From an uncultured virus (IMG/VR IMGVR_UViG_3300012352_000670) (taxonomy: Duplodnaviria; Heunggongvirae; Uroviricota; Caudoviricetes), in the IMG/VR virus record IMGVR_UViG_3300012352_000670: 20,000 bases of DNA, one strand, 5' to 3'. Below are positions 1 through 8,791 of the stretch, in pieces. The stretch's first letter is position 1. Each line of letters starts with the position of its first letter. A program made the translations under genes and the position numbers. Under the pieces are notes generated by a model. The model saw only the letters and a list, made by a program, of their open reading frames with translations, did no database searches and was not told the origin of the DNA.

Positions 1-118
1 TTAATTCATCTAGAGTCCCAGAGATTAGCTCCCCAGACATATGCTCATAGCCTACGTAGGAATCCCTATTGTAATTAATAGATAGGTCTAAAGGCGTGAT
101 TAAGGTTGTGTGCTTCAC
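1..118 (-). CDS. Hypothetical protein, partial (runs off left edge)
   Basis: Read manually: GTG start, MKHTTLITPLDLSINYNRDSYVGYEHMSGELISGTLDEL..., open to the window edge. A TAACCT -10-like hexamer overlaps the upstream gene's stop. Confidence 0.4.
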   Translation of the reverse strand, partial: MKHTTLITPLDLSINYNRDSYVGYEHMSGELISGTLDEL

Positions 119-129
119 GTGCGCCTAGG

Positions 130-309
130 TTATCTGTGGAATTTAGGCGGAAACAGGATCTTAGTTAGCTGTATATGCCCTTCTGGCGTTTCGCGCAGGT
201 GCTTAATAATAGGCATAATCCGTATCCAGAAATAGATGCTGAAACTTAGTATTGATAGTAGCCATACAACTACGACCACTACCAGTACTAAGATTCTGCC
301 GTCTTCCAT
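130..309 (-). CDS. Small membrane protein (59 aa)
   Basis: Not in the ORF track. MEDGRILVLVVVVVVWLLSILSFSIYFWIRIMPIIKHLRETPEGHIQLTKILFPPKFHR has one clear TM helix, and TATACT sits 6 nt before the ATG (leaderless geometry). Confidence 0.65.
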   Translation of the reverse strand: MEDGRILVLVVVVVVWLLSILSFSIYFWIRIMPIIKHLRETPEGHIQLTKILFPPKFHR

Positions 310-323
310 ATACTAAGTATAAC

Positions 324-470
324 TTAGATACGACCTCGACGTCCGGTTCCACGTGACTGCTTACGATACTGCAAAGCTGCAACAACGAAGGCACCGATAA
401 AGCTAATCACTACGGTTGAAACCACTCCAACAAAGAATGACGCCCAGTCTAGAACGAATGAAATTACCAC
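324..470 (-). CDS. Small membrane protein (48 aa)
   Basis: Not in the ORF track. Strong RBS (TAAGGAGG) before GTG. MVISFVLDWASFFVGVVSTVVISFIGAFVVAALQYRKQSRGTGRRGRI is a TM helix plus basic tail. Confidence 0.7.
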   Translation of the reverse strand: MVISFVLDWASFFVGVVSTVVISFIGAFVVAALQYRKQSRGTGRRGRI

Positions 471-579
471 AGTAAACCTCCTTAAGGTCCCCTAAATACT
501 AACACCTACACCCAGTCAGCGCAAGCTATACGTGGTAAAATAGGTATCGGGGAGAGGCCACCTAACGGGAGCCTCCATT

Positions 580-885
580 TTGTCTACGAAAAATAAGAAC
601 AGTAAGACTGGTCTAACCCTCGACATCACGTACAGGGTTATAGCCACATTCATTGCCAGCGCGCTCGGCGTAATCGGAGCTGGCTCAATTATTGGTTTAG
701 ATGTATGGATGTCCGCCGCGCTTGGTGGTCTGCTAGCAGTTGCAAAGGTTGTTGAGAAGCTAGCTCTCGCTTTCTTGGAGGACGGAAAGATCAGCCGAAG
801 TGAAGTCAACATGATTTTCTCTCAAGTTGTCCGCCTCAAAGAAGCTGGAGAAGACTCCCCAAATGCGTCTAAGCTCAAGAAATAG
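580..885 (+). CDS. Two-TM membrane protein, holin-like candidate
   Basis: Two hydrophobic segments ([34 protein letters not shown]) and a charged C-terminus. It is the first gene of the plus-strand cassette, with TGG-TAAAAT upstream at ~533-541. Confidence 0.7.
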   Translation: MSTKNKNSKTGLTLDITYRVIATFIASALGVIGAGSIIGLDVWMSAALGGLLAVAKVVEKLALAFLEDGKISRSEVNMIFSQVVRLKEAGEDSPNASKLKK

Positions 886-3800
886 ACCCCTACTAAACGC
901 ATACTTAGCTGTAAGCCTTGCTTTTCTCTTCCCCCTAGCAGCTGGCTCTACTATCTCATATGCGTCAGTTGACCCTGCCCAGCAGGTTGCTGGTCTCCAG
1001 CAGGACCTACAGACCTATACCCAGCAGTACTCGACCTACACAGGGCACTACCAGACATACGCTCCTTCTAGGATTAACGAACTAAACGACTTTGCATCAG
1101 CCCTAACTCCTTTCTCGTCGGCCGTATCTACCGCGACTTCGGCGCTACAGAACCACTACAGTGCTCTAGCAGCTCTTCAAGTTGCACAAGGGAATGTAAG
1201 CGCAGTGCCAGGGCAGATCGCTACAGCTCAGGCTTCGTTGGATGTTGCCCAAGCAAACTACGAAACTGCTTCTGCTTCTTTAGCTGCTCTACAGCCAAGC
1301 TACTCAGAAGCTTTGTCAGCTAGAAATACTGCATATGCTAACTACCAATCAACTGTTGTCAATGCCAACATCCTTGAAGACTTCAACGGAAACCAGATTA
1401 TTTCCGGGATCCAGTTCCTACTAAACGGAACCAACGCTCTAGTTTCGAACACTGGCAACCCAATGATTACCAGCGGGCGCGTCTTCGTGAACCAGTGGCC
1501 TCAGAACCTTCACGTTATTGCACCAGCCAACTCTTCTCCAACAGCCCTAGGTTTCGAGACCTACGCTCGTAATGGCGATCAGACTATTACCGTCACCTTC
1601 ACCGATGACTCCACCGCCACCTTCGTGAACCCTAATGGTGTTGGAAACAATGCTTGTCCGAGCTACTACTGCAACGTTTCATATACTGCACCAACAGGCA
1701 AAGTCATTAAGTCTTACGTAATTCCAGGCGACTATGACATTCTCTACCTAGACAAGTTCACATTCGCTAGCAACTCTTACGATGCAACCGCACAGCAAAC
1801 TTATCAACAAGCTCAGGCAGCTTTAGATGCTTTGACCCCAAACTACACTGCAGCTTCTAGTGCAGTAAGTTCAGCGACTGCTACACTTGCGAGTTCTCAG
1901 CAAAATTACAACAATTTATCCGCTTCAAGTTACCTTCAGAACCTAGAAACGCTCCGCGACAACGCACAACAGGTAGCATCTGACGCTTCAACGGCTCTTA
2001 CAAATGCAATAAATACTGCTACAGTTGCAAAACAAGCAGTAGTAGATGCGATTTCCGCCATCACTTTGCCACCTACCAGCCTAGAAGTCACCTCTACAGC
2101 CGACACTACAGCTGAAGGAACACTCCGCTGGGCAATTGCACAGGCTAACGCACAAGCTGGTGGTATCTACGATCTCATCACCATCAATACAACAGAGCCA
2201 ATCGTTCTGACCGCAAACCTCCCACTGATCACCCAGAACGTAACCATTACCTCCGACAACCGAGCAACCTCGATTATTGATGGTAATGCTCTCTACACTG
2301 CATTCGATATGAGAGGCAGCTCTCTCACACTGAACCTATCTAATGTCACCATTCAGAACACCTTTGCATCCGACTGGCAACGTGGTTCGGCTGTGTGGAT
2401 TGTCCGCGGAACTGCCAATGTTAATAACGTCCACTTCCGCAACATCGCACAAGGAACTGCCGTAACAACTAAGGAAGGTGGTTCGTATATCAACATCTCG
2501 AACTCACTTTTCACGAACAACAACCAAGGTGTATTCTCTAACCACGGATCAACTCCTTCTACTACTACAGCGGTAGACACTGCTTACGATAACCGCATCA
2601 CTATTACCGGCACAACTTTCAACAACAACTCAACCGCCATTTACGGCGAGCGCACAGTTCTAGTTGACAACTCAACCTTCAACTCAAACGTTTTTGCATT
2701 CCGCATGCAAGGAATCAACAAGCACCGAGTTACTAACTCGACTTTCAACGCTAACCAATACGCTATTTACACTAGCTCGTGGGTTCCTACCAGCTGGACT
2801 TCATTCTTCTCGGATCCACCACAGGGCCGTGTAATCCACAACAACGTCTTCACCAACAACGTAAACAAGGTAATCACCCTAGATGACCGAAACAATGACG
2901 GCAAATCTAACTCACGAGGCGCGTCTATTCAGAACAACTCATGGGATGGTAAGGGTGGCATCTTCGTTGAATACAACCACTTTGACTACACCAACAACGT
3001 AAATAACTACTACGCAATAAATGTTGCAAACTTCAGCGCACAGGTCACTCACCCATTTGCATTTGCTAACAACCTAGAGGTCTCTCCTAAGATCGCAGCT
3101 CCAACCAACGTTCAAGCAACCGCTAACTCAGATGGGTCTGTAACCTTAACTTGGGATGCTTCAGTTACCCAGAACACACAGGTAGAGCGTTACGCAGTGT
3201 TCTTCACTACTGGCGACAACGCAGGATGGGGAGTGCCTTCTACCGGAACTTCAATCACTCTTCCAGCTCAGATCTTTGATACTACTGGAGGTAGAGGCCA
3301 CACTTACACCTTCAAGATCCGCGGTGACATTGACAGCATCGCTCTTTACTCAGAGTTCTCATCAACGGTCACCGCGAGCATTCCAGCCCCAGCGCCAACA
3401 GGGATTTACTCGATTGTAGAGGGTGAGTCACTTCTAATCAACGCAATCCAAGGTAACACTTTCCAGACAGTGACAGCTTGGTACGGAGATCCAAACAACC
3501 TATCTTGCGGTTTAGATGTCTCCCAGCAGATGACTCAGATCTTCGCAGGAACTTCATCAGTTGTTGTCTTCTCAGACAATGGCATTGCTGGAGACACCTG
3601 CCCTGGCGTAGTTAAAGTTCTTGTAATCCAGAGCATTTCGTACACCCCAATTCCAGTGGTAGTTCCGCCGACCCCAACTCCAACCCCAGAGCCAAGTCCA
3701 CAGCCAGAGCCTACCCCGACTCCAACTCCAACTCCAACTCCTACCCCTGAACCAGAACCAACCCCAACCCCAACCCCAACTCCGGTGGAGCCTACTCCCG

Positions 3801-4432
3801 ACCCTGAACCAACTCCAGAGCCGACCACACCAGTAGACCCAGAGCCAACACCAGAACCGGAACCAACCCCAGAACCAGAGCCAACGCCAGAACCAGAAGA
3901 GACAGCAAAGCCAGAAGAACCTGTAGTAGAACCTGAAGAAGAACCTTCACCTGAACCAACTCCTACCGAAGAACCAACTGAAGAAGAGCCTATCACTTCA
4001 GTCGAAGAGCTACCAGAAGTGATTACTGCTGATGTTCTTATGGAGATTGCTCTCGAAGAGATCGTTCCTACTGATCTAACTTCAGCTCAGGCAGAAGCAA
4101 TTAAGGAAGCAGCGCTCGAAGTGTTCGAGACTGCAGTAGCTGGATCTCCTGAATACGAGCAAGCTCTTGATGCTTTATATGTCGCAGCCGAGGCTGACGA
4201 CATTGTTGTAGACGAGGAACTTGCAAGCATTCCAGGTATTGGTGCCGCCGCAGTTGCAGTTGCCGAAGTTCTAAACCTTTTGTCCAACGTCGGTGCTGAC
4301 ATGAATCCCGAGGTTCGTGAAGATGCACAGAAGGCAACCGTAGCCGCGGTTATCGTTGGTCAAATTGCAGGTTCAGCAATCGCTGCAACCACAGCCGCTG
4401 CACCAGCTGCAGCTTCACGAAGGATCAAATAA
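863..4432 (+). CDS. Large secreted/surface-like multidomain protein (signal peptide, coiled-coil, beta-helix, FN3, SUEL-lectin-like, Pro-Thr/Pro-Glu stalk, C-terminal hydrophobic anchor)
   Basis: ATG at 863 with an upstream GGAG is preferred over TTG 827. N-terminal basic plus hydrophobic signal; Ala/Gln-rich helices; [21 protein letters not shown] followed by Asn-ladder beta-helix repeats (STFNSN, STFNAN, NVFTNN); FN3 pattern ([23 protein letters not shown]); lectin-like [22 protein letters not shown] repeats; tail ending RRIK. Confidence 0.85.
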   Translation: MRLSSRNRPLLNAYLAVSLAFLFPLAAGSTISYASVDPAQQVAGLQQDLQTYTQQYSTYTGHYQTYAPSRINELNDFASALTPFSSAVSTATSALQNHYSALAALQVAQGNVSAVPGQIATAQASLDVAQANYETASASLAALQPSYSEALSARNTAYANYQSTVVNANILEDFNGNQIISGIQFLLNGTNALVSNTGNPMITSGRVFVNQWPQNLHVIAPANSSPTALGFETYARNGDQTITVTFTDDSTATFVNPNGVGNNACPSYYCNVSYTAPTGKVIKSYVIPGDYDILYLDKFTFASNSYDATAQQTYQQAQAALDALTPNYTAASSAVSSATATLASSQQNYNNLSASSYLQNLETLRDNAQQVASDASTALTNAINTATVAKQAVVDAISAITLPPTSLEVTSTADTTAEGTLRWAIAQANAQAGGIYDLITINTTEPIVLTANLPLITQNVTITSDNRATSIIDGNALYTAFDMRGSSLTLNLSNVTIQNTFASDWQRGSAVWIVRGTANVNNVHFRNIAQGTAVTTKEGGSYINISNSLFTNNNQGVFSNHGSTPSTTTAVDTAYDNRITITGTTFNNNSTAIYGERTVLVDNSTFNSNVFAFRMQGINKHRVTNSTFNANQYAIYTSSWVPTSWTSFFSDPPQGRVIHNNVFTNNVNKVITLDDRNNDGKSNSRGASIQNNSWDGKGGIFVEYNHFDYTNNVNNYYAINVANFSAQVTHPFAFANNLEVSPKIAAPTNVQATANSDGSVTLTWDASVTQNTQVERYAVFFTTGDNAGWGVPSTGTSITLPAQIFDTTGGRGHTYTFKIRGDIDSIALYSEFSSTVTASIPAPAPTGIYSIVEGESLLINAIQGNTFQTVTAWYGDPNNLSCGLDVSQQMTQIFAGTSSVVVFSDNGIAGDTCPGVVKVLVIQSISYTPIPVVVPPTPTPTPEPSPQPEPTPTPTPTPTPTPEPEPTPTPTPTPVEPTPDPEPTPEPTTPVDPEPTPEPEPTPEPEPTPEPEETAKPEEPVVEPEEEPSPEPTPTEEPTEEEPITSVEELPEVITADVLMEIALEEIVPTDLTSAQAEAIKEAALEVFETAVAGSPEYEQALDALYVAAEADDIVVDEELASIPGIGAAAVAVAEVLNLLSNVGADMNPEVREDAQKATVAAVIVGQIAGSAIAATTAAAPAAASRRIK
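3665..3990 (+). repeat. Low-complexity (Pro-Thr/Pro-Glu) coding repeat, stalk or linker
   Basis: Degenerate CCAACT/CCAGAA/CCAACC hexamer repeats encode [13 protein letters not shown]. Confidence 0.85.
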
Positions 4433-4845
4433 TGTACGAATACAGAGTTAAGTCTGTCCTCGGCGTTGTTGACGGGGATACTATCGACGTTGACATTGAC
4501 TTAGGATTTGACATTTCTATTACGAAGCGGGTCCGCCTTGCAGGCATAGACACCCCCGAGTCACGCACTTCTGACAAAGCAGAAAAAGTGCTCGGGCTTG
4601 AAGTTAAGGATCTTCTTAAGAAGAAACTTAAAGAAGCAACAACCGTTGTAATCAGAACAGAAAAGCCAGACTCATCTGAGAAGTATGGACGAGTCCTTGG
4701 TTGGTTGTTCATTGACGGAGCAGAGCAGTCTTTTAACGAAACCATGATTGCCTCAGGCTACGCGTGGGAGTACATGGGAGAAACCAAGATCAAGGACTTT
4801 GATCTTTTGAAGCAACGCCGAGCATCAGCTCAAACAAACAAGTAA
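4432..4845 (+). CDS. Thermonuclease (staphylococcal nuclease, SNase family)
   Basis: Motifs VVDGDT, VRLAGIDTPE and EKYGRVLG. TAATG stop/start overlap with the large protein. No signal peptide. Confidence 0.92.
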   Translation: MYEYRVKSVLGVVDGDTIDVDIDLGFDISITKRVRLAGIDTPESRTSDKAEKVLGLEVKDLLKKKLKEATTVVIRTEKPDSSEKYGRVLGWLFIDGAEQSFNETMIASGYAWEYMGETKIKDFDLLKQRRASAQTNK

Positions 4846-4854
4846 GGAACAGAA

Positions 4855-5055
4855 ATGAAGCACTTTATCAAGGCTCTCTTTCAGGACCTAGTTGACCAAG
4901 CTTGGACTCTTCTCGGTCTTGGTACTGCATGGGTTCTTCTCGAGGGTTCAGCCCGCGAGCTAGTCGGAAACATGATTCTAATCACCCTAAGCATCTGGGT
5001 CATTACTTTCCCTATCTTCCGCTATGAAAAGCCAGAAAAAGACGACAAAAAGTAG
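4855..5055 (+). CDS. Small two-TM membrane protein
   Basis: AAGGA RBS; hydrophobic segments AWTLLGLGTAWVLL and LVGNMILITLSIWVITFPIF; charged tail. Confidence 0.75.
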   Translation: MKHFIKALFQDLVDQAWTLLGLGTAWVLLEGSARELVGNMILITLSIWVITFPIFRYEKPEKDDKK

Positions 5056-5060
5056 TAACA

Positions 5061-5234
5061 ATGCTCCTATGTGGGTGCAAACAACATAGCCATCAATCTT
5101 GGCTAGAGGCACAACTAGAGCTAGGTCGCGTCGAAAGCGTCGAAGGTCCTTTGGATTGGCGCTCTCGGCGCGATTTTATTTGCAATTTTATGCACAAATG
5201 GGATATATCTAAAGCTGATAAAATTGAGCCATGA
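5061..5234 (+). CDS. Possible small hypothetical protein (57 aa)
   Basis: Read manually: MLLCGCKQHSHQSWLEAQLELGRVESVEGPLDWRSRRDFICNFMHKWDISKADKIEP fills the gap and ends in an ATGA overlap with the next gene. No clear RBS, and the region is also predicted to be structured. Confidence 0.35.
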   Translation: MLLCGCKQHSHQSWLEAQLELGRVESVEGPLDWRSRRDFICNFMHKWDISKADKIEP

Positions 5235-5494
5235 AGAGGCTTTTCTCATACATTTGGTTCTATTTTCAGCCGAATGAGAAAGAGCTAGGTAGGGAGGCCT
5301 ATCTAGCAGCTAAGACGTACTATGCCCTCAGACCGCTACGCAATCCATCAAATATGTTTCCTAGGGTTGCAGAGTACAACCAAAGACGAGAAGCATTTAT
5401 AGCTTTCCAAAGAGGCTACAAAAACAACTACCGCCACAGCTACGCTATGGCAAAACTAAAGGATATGACATGGCAAAAGCACAGTTCCCACTAG
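5231..5494 (+). CDS. Hypothetical protein (basic, aromatic-rich)
   Basis: TGA-TAAAAT (5216-5224) lies 6 nt before the ATG. The ORF overlaps the endolysin start by 25 nt. Confidence 0.65.
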   Translation: MKRLFSYIWFYFQPNEKELGREAYLAAKTYYALRPLRNPSNMFPRVAEYNQRREAFIAFQRGYKNNYRHSYAMAKLKDMTWQKHSSH

Positions 5495-6345
5495 ACGGGA
5501 AGCTTGGAAAAGACTGGAAGATCACCAGCGAAATGGGCTGGAGAATTCACCCAGTTCAGAAGACCAAGAAGCACCACAATGGTGCAGACATCATCGGCCT
5601 AGGCAAGGGCCCATTCTACATCGAAGCACCTTATGCAGGTAAGGTTCTTAAGGCAACTAAGTCAACCGCACCAGGCGGAGGCTTCGGAAACTACGTAGTT
5701 GTGTACCACAAGATTAACGGTAAGCACTACACAACTCTTTACGCACACATGAAGGACGGCTCAATCAAGGTTAAGCCAGGTCAGAAGATCGAAGCCGGAA
5801 CAGTCCTAGGAATCATGGGAACTACTGGTATGTCAACTGGCGTCCACCTCCACTGGGAGATGTGGGCTGGAAAGACTCACGGTTGGTCTGCAGACGGCAA
5901 GGGCTTCGTTAACGCAGTTAAGTTCTTCAAGGCACTTATCGCACAAGAAGCAGAGATTGCTGCAGCACCAGCTTCTACCCCAGAAGATGCCCCTACCGCA
6001 GATGCGCCAGAGCACACTGAAGAGTTTGCAACTAAGGTACAGGAAAAGTATGAAGCAGAGAAGGCAGCTAATAAGGCTCCAGCTCCAGCAACTCCTGCCC
6101 CAGTCGCAGCACCTGTTGTAAAGAAAGCACCGCTAGCTCCAGCGAAGCCAGCACTAACTGGAGAACTTAAGAAGGGTTCTAAGGGAGCAGCGGTCAAATA
6201 TCTACAAACGAAGTTAGCCGTACAGGGAGATCAGCTAGGCGTATTTGGTGAAAATACCCATAAGTCAGTAGCGGCACTCCAGAAGAAGAGCGGACTCAAG
6301 TCGGACGGAATTGTTGGTCCCCTGACTTGGAAAGCTCTAGGCTAA
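5470..6345 (+). CDS. Endolysin: M23 peptidase plus C-terminal peptidoglycan-binding domain
   Basis: M23 zinc motifs HNGAD, YAHM and STGVHLHWE; Ala/Pro linker; PG_binding_1-type LKKGSKG..VKYLQ..DGIVGPLTWKAL; AAGGA RBS. Confidence 0.92.
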   Translation: MAKAQFPLDGKLGKDWKITSEMGWRIHPVQKTKKHHNGADIIGLGKGPFYIEAPYAGKVLKATKSTAPGGGFGNYVVVYHKINGKHYTTLYAHMKDGSIKVKPGQKIEAGTVLGIMGTTGMSTGVHLHWEMWAGKTHGWSADGKGFVNAVKFFKALIAQEAEIAAAPASTPEDAPTADAPEHTEEFATKVQEKYEAEKAANKAPAPATPAPVAAPVVKKAPLAPAKPALTGELKKGSKGAAVKYLQTKLAVQGDQLGVFGENTHKSVAALQKKSGLKSDGIVGPLTWKALG

Positions 6346-6360
6346 CTCCCCCCAACAAAG

Positions 6361-6396
6361 AAAAGCCCTCGGTACTAGTGCCGGGGGTTTTTCCTT
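6361..6396. terminator. Intrinsic terminator, probably bidirectional
   Basis: AAAA-GCCCTCGGTA-ctag-TGCCGGGGGT-TTTT: a stem with G-U pairs, flanked by A and T runs, between convergent genes. Confidence 0.8.
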
Positions 6397-6701
6397 TACC
6401 TTCGATTATCTCCATCGAAGTCATCGAAGTCATCGTCGTCATCCAATAGACCGCGCTCATCCAGCTGCTCTAGATTAATTCGGATCGAATCAACGATATC
6501 TTGGAAAGAAGAATTAAGTCGAATAATGTCTTTATCACGAGCATGCATCTCGATCATCTCGGCCTTGTAGATCAGCTTAGCCATCTTCTTTTGATCGGCC
6601 TCCCCTAGATTCTTAAAAATAGGGTTGTTTAAGATCATAATAATGATGTTAGACATATGCCGCTGTTTTTGAATTTTTCGCAGTTGCCGTTCTCGCATCA
6701 C
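6396..6701 (-). CDS. Hypothetical protein with acidic C-terminus
   Basis: ORF with purine-rich RBS (GAAAGAG) and TGA-TAGTAT upstream; ends at the terminator. Confidence 0.65.
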   Translation of the reverse strand: MMRERQLRKIQKQRHMSNIIIMILNNPIFKNLGEADQKKMAKLIYKAEMIEMHARDKDIIRLNSSFQDIVDSIRINLEQLDERGLLDDDDDFDDFDGDNRR

Positions 6702-6737
6702 TATCTCTTTCTCTAGTTAAAAAGATACTATCAGATT

Positions 6738-6956
6738 TTAGTCCAAGGTGGACACATCGGCATAGTGATCTATGTCAACCATTTCCATCTGATCTTCGCC
6801 ATCTTCCTGCACCACAATCATATGGGGAATTTCAGAGTTTTCGACATATGTCACAGTCCCCTGTATTTGAGTGGGGATGGAAGAGAAGTAGGGGGACCTG
6901 CAGACGATAACTCGGCCTAAAAGGTCACTAAAGTTATTGCGGTCAATTTCACCCAT
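6738..6956 (-). CDS. Hypothetical protein (small beta-barrel-like)
   Basis: AGGAG RBS 5 nt before ATG; beta-strand pattern IQGTVTYV..MIVV..MVDI. Confidence 0.7.
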   Translation of the reverse strand: MGEIDRNNFSDLLGRVIVCRSPYFSSIPTQIQGTVTYVENSEIPHMIVVQEDGEDQMEMVDIDHYADVSTLD

Positions 6957-7004
6957 AGGGTCTCCTGGAACTAGTACTTCTAGTTTAAAGGAGCCCAGAC
7001 AAGG

Positions 7005-7157
7005 CTATTCGAGTCGAAAGTTTAAGAAGATTAGATCGCCATCTTTCCAGTAAAAATATACGTCATCTGGCTTGCTGTAGTTTATGTGCCCAGCTTTAAC
7101 CAAGAAGTCGAGGACTTCTTTAGCTGTAGCTACTGGCTTATCCTCTTGTGATGGCAT
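7005..7157 (-). CDS. Small hypothetical protein (50 aa)
   Basis: Not in the ORF track. MPSQEDKPVATAKEVLDFLVKAGHINYSKPDDVYFYWKDGDLIFLNFRLE, with TATAAT overlapping the upstream stop codon. Confidence 0.6.
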   Translation of the reverse strand: MPSQEDKPVATAKEVLDFLVKAGHINYSKPDDVYFYWKDGDLIFLNFRLE

Positions 7158-7166
7158 CAACTACAA

Positions 7167-7346
7167 TTATAGCTGATCCTCGGAATCTAGATATCCCATA
7201 TCATTGGCCAGCATTAGGAACGTAAATTCGATCTTTGTGGCCAAGTCCTCGATCTCTTTCTTACCCTTGACCAGCTTGCCGTCGATGTTCCTTAGGCGGT
7301 ATAGAAAGTCATCCATCCGCTCTTCACCATTACCTGAATTGCTCAT
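7167..7346 (-). CDS. Small hypothetical protein (59 aa)
   Basis: Not in the ORF track. MSNSGNGEERMDDFLYRLRNIDGKLVKGKKEIEDLATKIEFTFLMLANDMGYLDSEDQL, with TTGACA and TGATATAAAT upstream. Confidence 0.6.
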   Translation of the reverse strand: MSNSGNGEERMDDFLYRLRNIDGKLVKGKKEIEDLATKIEFTFLMLANDMGYLDSEDQL

Positions 7347-7405
7347 GAGACATTTATATCAGACTCTAGGATGCTTTGTCAAGCTAAGTGTAATTTGAGC
7401 TAGAA

Positions 7406-7990
7406 TTGAAATACCACATAGAAGGAAATAAGTTGACTAACGAACGCTCATTCCACGTAATTGAAGACTATCTATCGCCAGAGACCTGCGACTACTTTAG
7501 CCAGATAGTTCTTGATAATTCTCAAACAGATCCAAAGCCAAACTTTCGCGGCATGGGATTCTTCGATAGCGAGTTGTTAGCAGCTGGACACTACCCATTT
7601 CATCAAGATCCAGATAAAAAGCTGCTTGACCTAGTCGAAGCCGTAAGACAATATTATGAAAATACTTACGAGATGTACGGAGAGTTTGTTTTCAGTAGGA
7701 TCTTCGGAAACGTCATGGATCAAGGGGCAGTTCTCGCATCACACCGAGACGAGGATGCTAATCCAGATGGAGAGTTTGATGGCAAGAAAAGGTCTCACGT
7801 ATGTAGCATCTTGTTGAATGATGACTACGAAGGTGGAGAACTTTTATTTGATGATCAAGGAGTAGCTATCAAGCCTAAAAAAGGAAGTTTAGTTCTTTTC
7901 CCTGGTCACTACGTTTCTCACGGAGTCAATGAGATAACAAAAGGCTCTCGTGTAAACCTTCTTGTATTTTTCTACGACATGTTGCCTTAG
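7406..7990 (+). CDS. 2OG-Fe(II) oxygenase (prolyl-4-hydroxylase-like)
   Basis: HRD ... LLNDDYEGGELLF ... G.LVLFP..HGV..ITKGSR gives the HxD...H iron triad and the 2OG-binding Arg. TTG start is uncertain. Confidence 0.9.
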   Translation: MKYHIEGNKLTNERSFHVIEDYLSPETCDYFSQIVLDNSQTDPKPNFRGMGFFDSELLAAGHYPFHQDPDKKLLDLVEAVRQYYENTYEMYGEFVFSRIFGNVMDQGAVLASHRDEDANPDGEFDGKKRSHVCSILLNDDYEGGELLFDDQGVAIKPKKGSLVLFPGHYVSHGVNEITKGSRVNLLVFFYDMLP

Positions 7991-8063
7991 TCCCCACCAT
8001 CGGACTCGAACCGATACTGTACCGATTTTAAGTCGGCCCTCTCTACCATTGGAGTACGCGGGG
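7991..8063 (-). tRNA. trnL: tRNA-Leu(UAA), short variable arm, CCA not encoded
   Basis: CCCCGCG-TA-CTCCAATGGTAGAGAG-G-GCCGA-CT-TAA-AA-TCGGT-ACAGT-ATCGG-TTCGAGT-CCGAT-GGTGGGG-A; one G7:G66 mismatch. Confidence 0.88.
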
Positions 8064-8072
8064 TTGATTGGT

Positions 8073-8696
8073 TCAAGCACCGTCGCGATGCTTTATAACA
8101 GTTTCTTTATCGCCATAAAAAATAGAGAGACTTTTTCTCTTACCACTTTCCACCGCTTCCACGATGTGAATATGATCCAAGTCCCCGATAAAATATGCTA
8201 GGTCACGCTCTCTAGGTAGATACCTATAATCCTGCAACGGGAAGTAGAGACCTCCGCCAGTGAACTCCTCTTTGTGCGAGTTTAGGTACAGCACTGCTGA
8301 ATGCTCCATGACGATCGAAATATCATCATCTCGAATTTCACCATCAAGCCAGTAGTTATCTGAGTGCAGTCCCATGCCCGGACCGACACCAATTTCTGTG
8401 TAGCTAGCTTGTATCAGTAGCAGCTCTTTTTTGTATACGTCCTGCAAGAAGTATTTGACTCTGTCATAGATCTCAGTTATGAGCATGATTGCAGAATCTT
8501 TTTTAGGATCCCCCGTCAAAGGAAGAGCGGGATTATCCATGGAAATTTTAGAAGCAACCCTGAACCCAGGGTATCCCAAGGCGTGCCTATGAGAAGTTTC
8601 TTCTGGTGAATACCCAGACACCTCATCCAAGAATTCAACCAGCTGGTTGTTTTCTTCTTCGGAGAGGAAGTCGTGTACAAGATTGAAGCCATCCAT
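8073..8696 (-). CDS. 2OG-Fe(II) oxygenase (prolyl-4-hydroxylase-like)
   Basis: HSD ... VLYLN..FTGGGLYF ... HIHIV..VESGKR; TAGAAT 6 nt before the ATG. Confidence 0.9.
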   Translation of the reverse strand: MDGFNLVHDFLSEEENNQLVEFLDEVSGYSPEETSHRHALGYPGFRVASKISMDNPALPLTGDPKKDSAIMLITEIYDRVKYFLQDVYKKELLLIQASYTEIGVGPGMGLHSDNYWLDGEIRDDDISIVMEHSAVLYLNSHKEEFTGGGLYFPLQDYRYLPRERDLAYFIGDLDHIHIVEAVESGKRKSLSIFYGDKETVIKHRDGA

Positions 8697-8713
8697 ACAT
8701 ATATTCTACATCG

Positions 8714-8787
8714 TCGAGACTGTGGGACTTGAACCCACGACGACCTGATTATGAGTCAGGGGCTCTAACCAGCTGAGCTAAGTCTCG
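8714..8787 (-). tRNA. tRNA with CAU anticodon (elongator Met or Ile2), CCA not encoded
   Basis: CGAGACT-TA-GCTC-AGCTGGTTA-GAGC-C-CCTGA-CT-CAT-AA-TCAGG-TCGTC-GTGGG-TTCAAGT-CCCAC-AGTCTCG-A. It has a paired 1:72 and lacks the three G-C anticodon-stem pairs, so it is not an initiator. Confidence 0.92.
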
Positions 8788-8791
8788 TAAA

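Noticed and set aside
203..394. 63-aa ORF from the track
   Set aside because: Two shorter TM-containing ORFs in other frames (130..309 and 324..470) have better start signals and tile the region.
3535..3996. 153-aa Gly/Val/Ser-rich minus-strand ORF
   Set aside because: It is the antisense shadow of the PT/PE repeat in the large protein.
5125..5174. SRP (4.5S) RNA
   Set aside because: AGGTCC...GGA is similar, but the GGAA tetraloop and AGCAG strand are missing.
6413..6443. 9-nt tandem repeat (CATCGAAGT)
   Set aside because: It simply encodes the acidic DDDDDFDDFD tail and is not a CRISPR or regulatory repeat.
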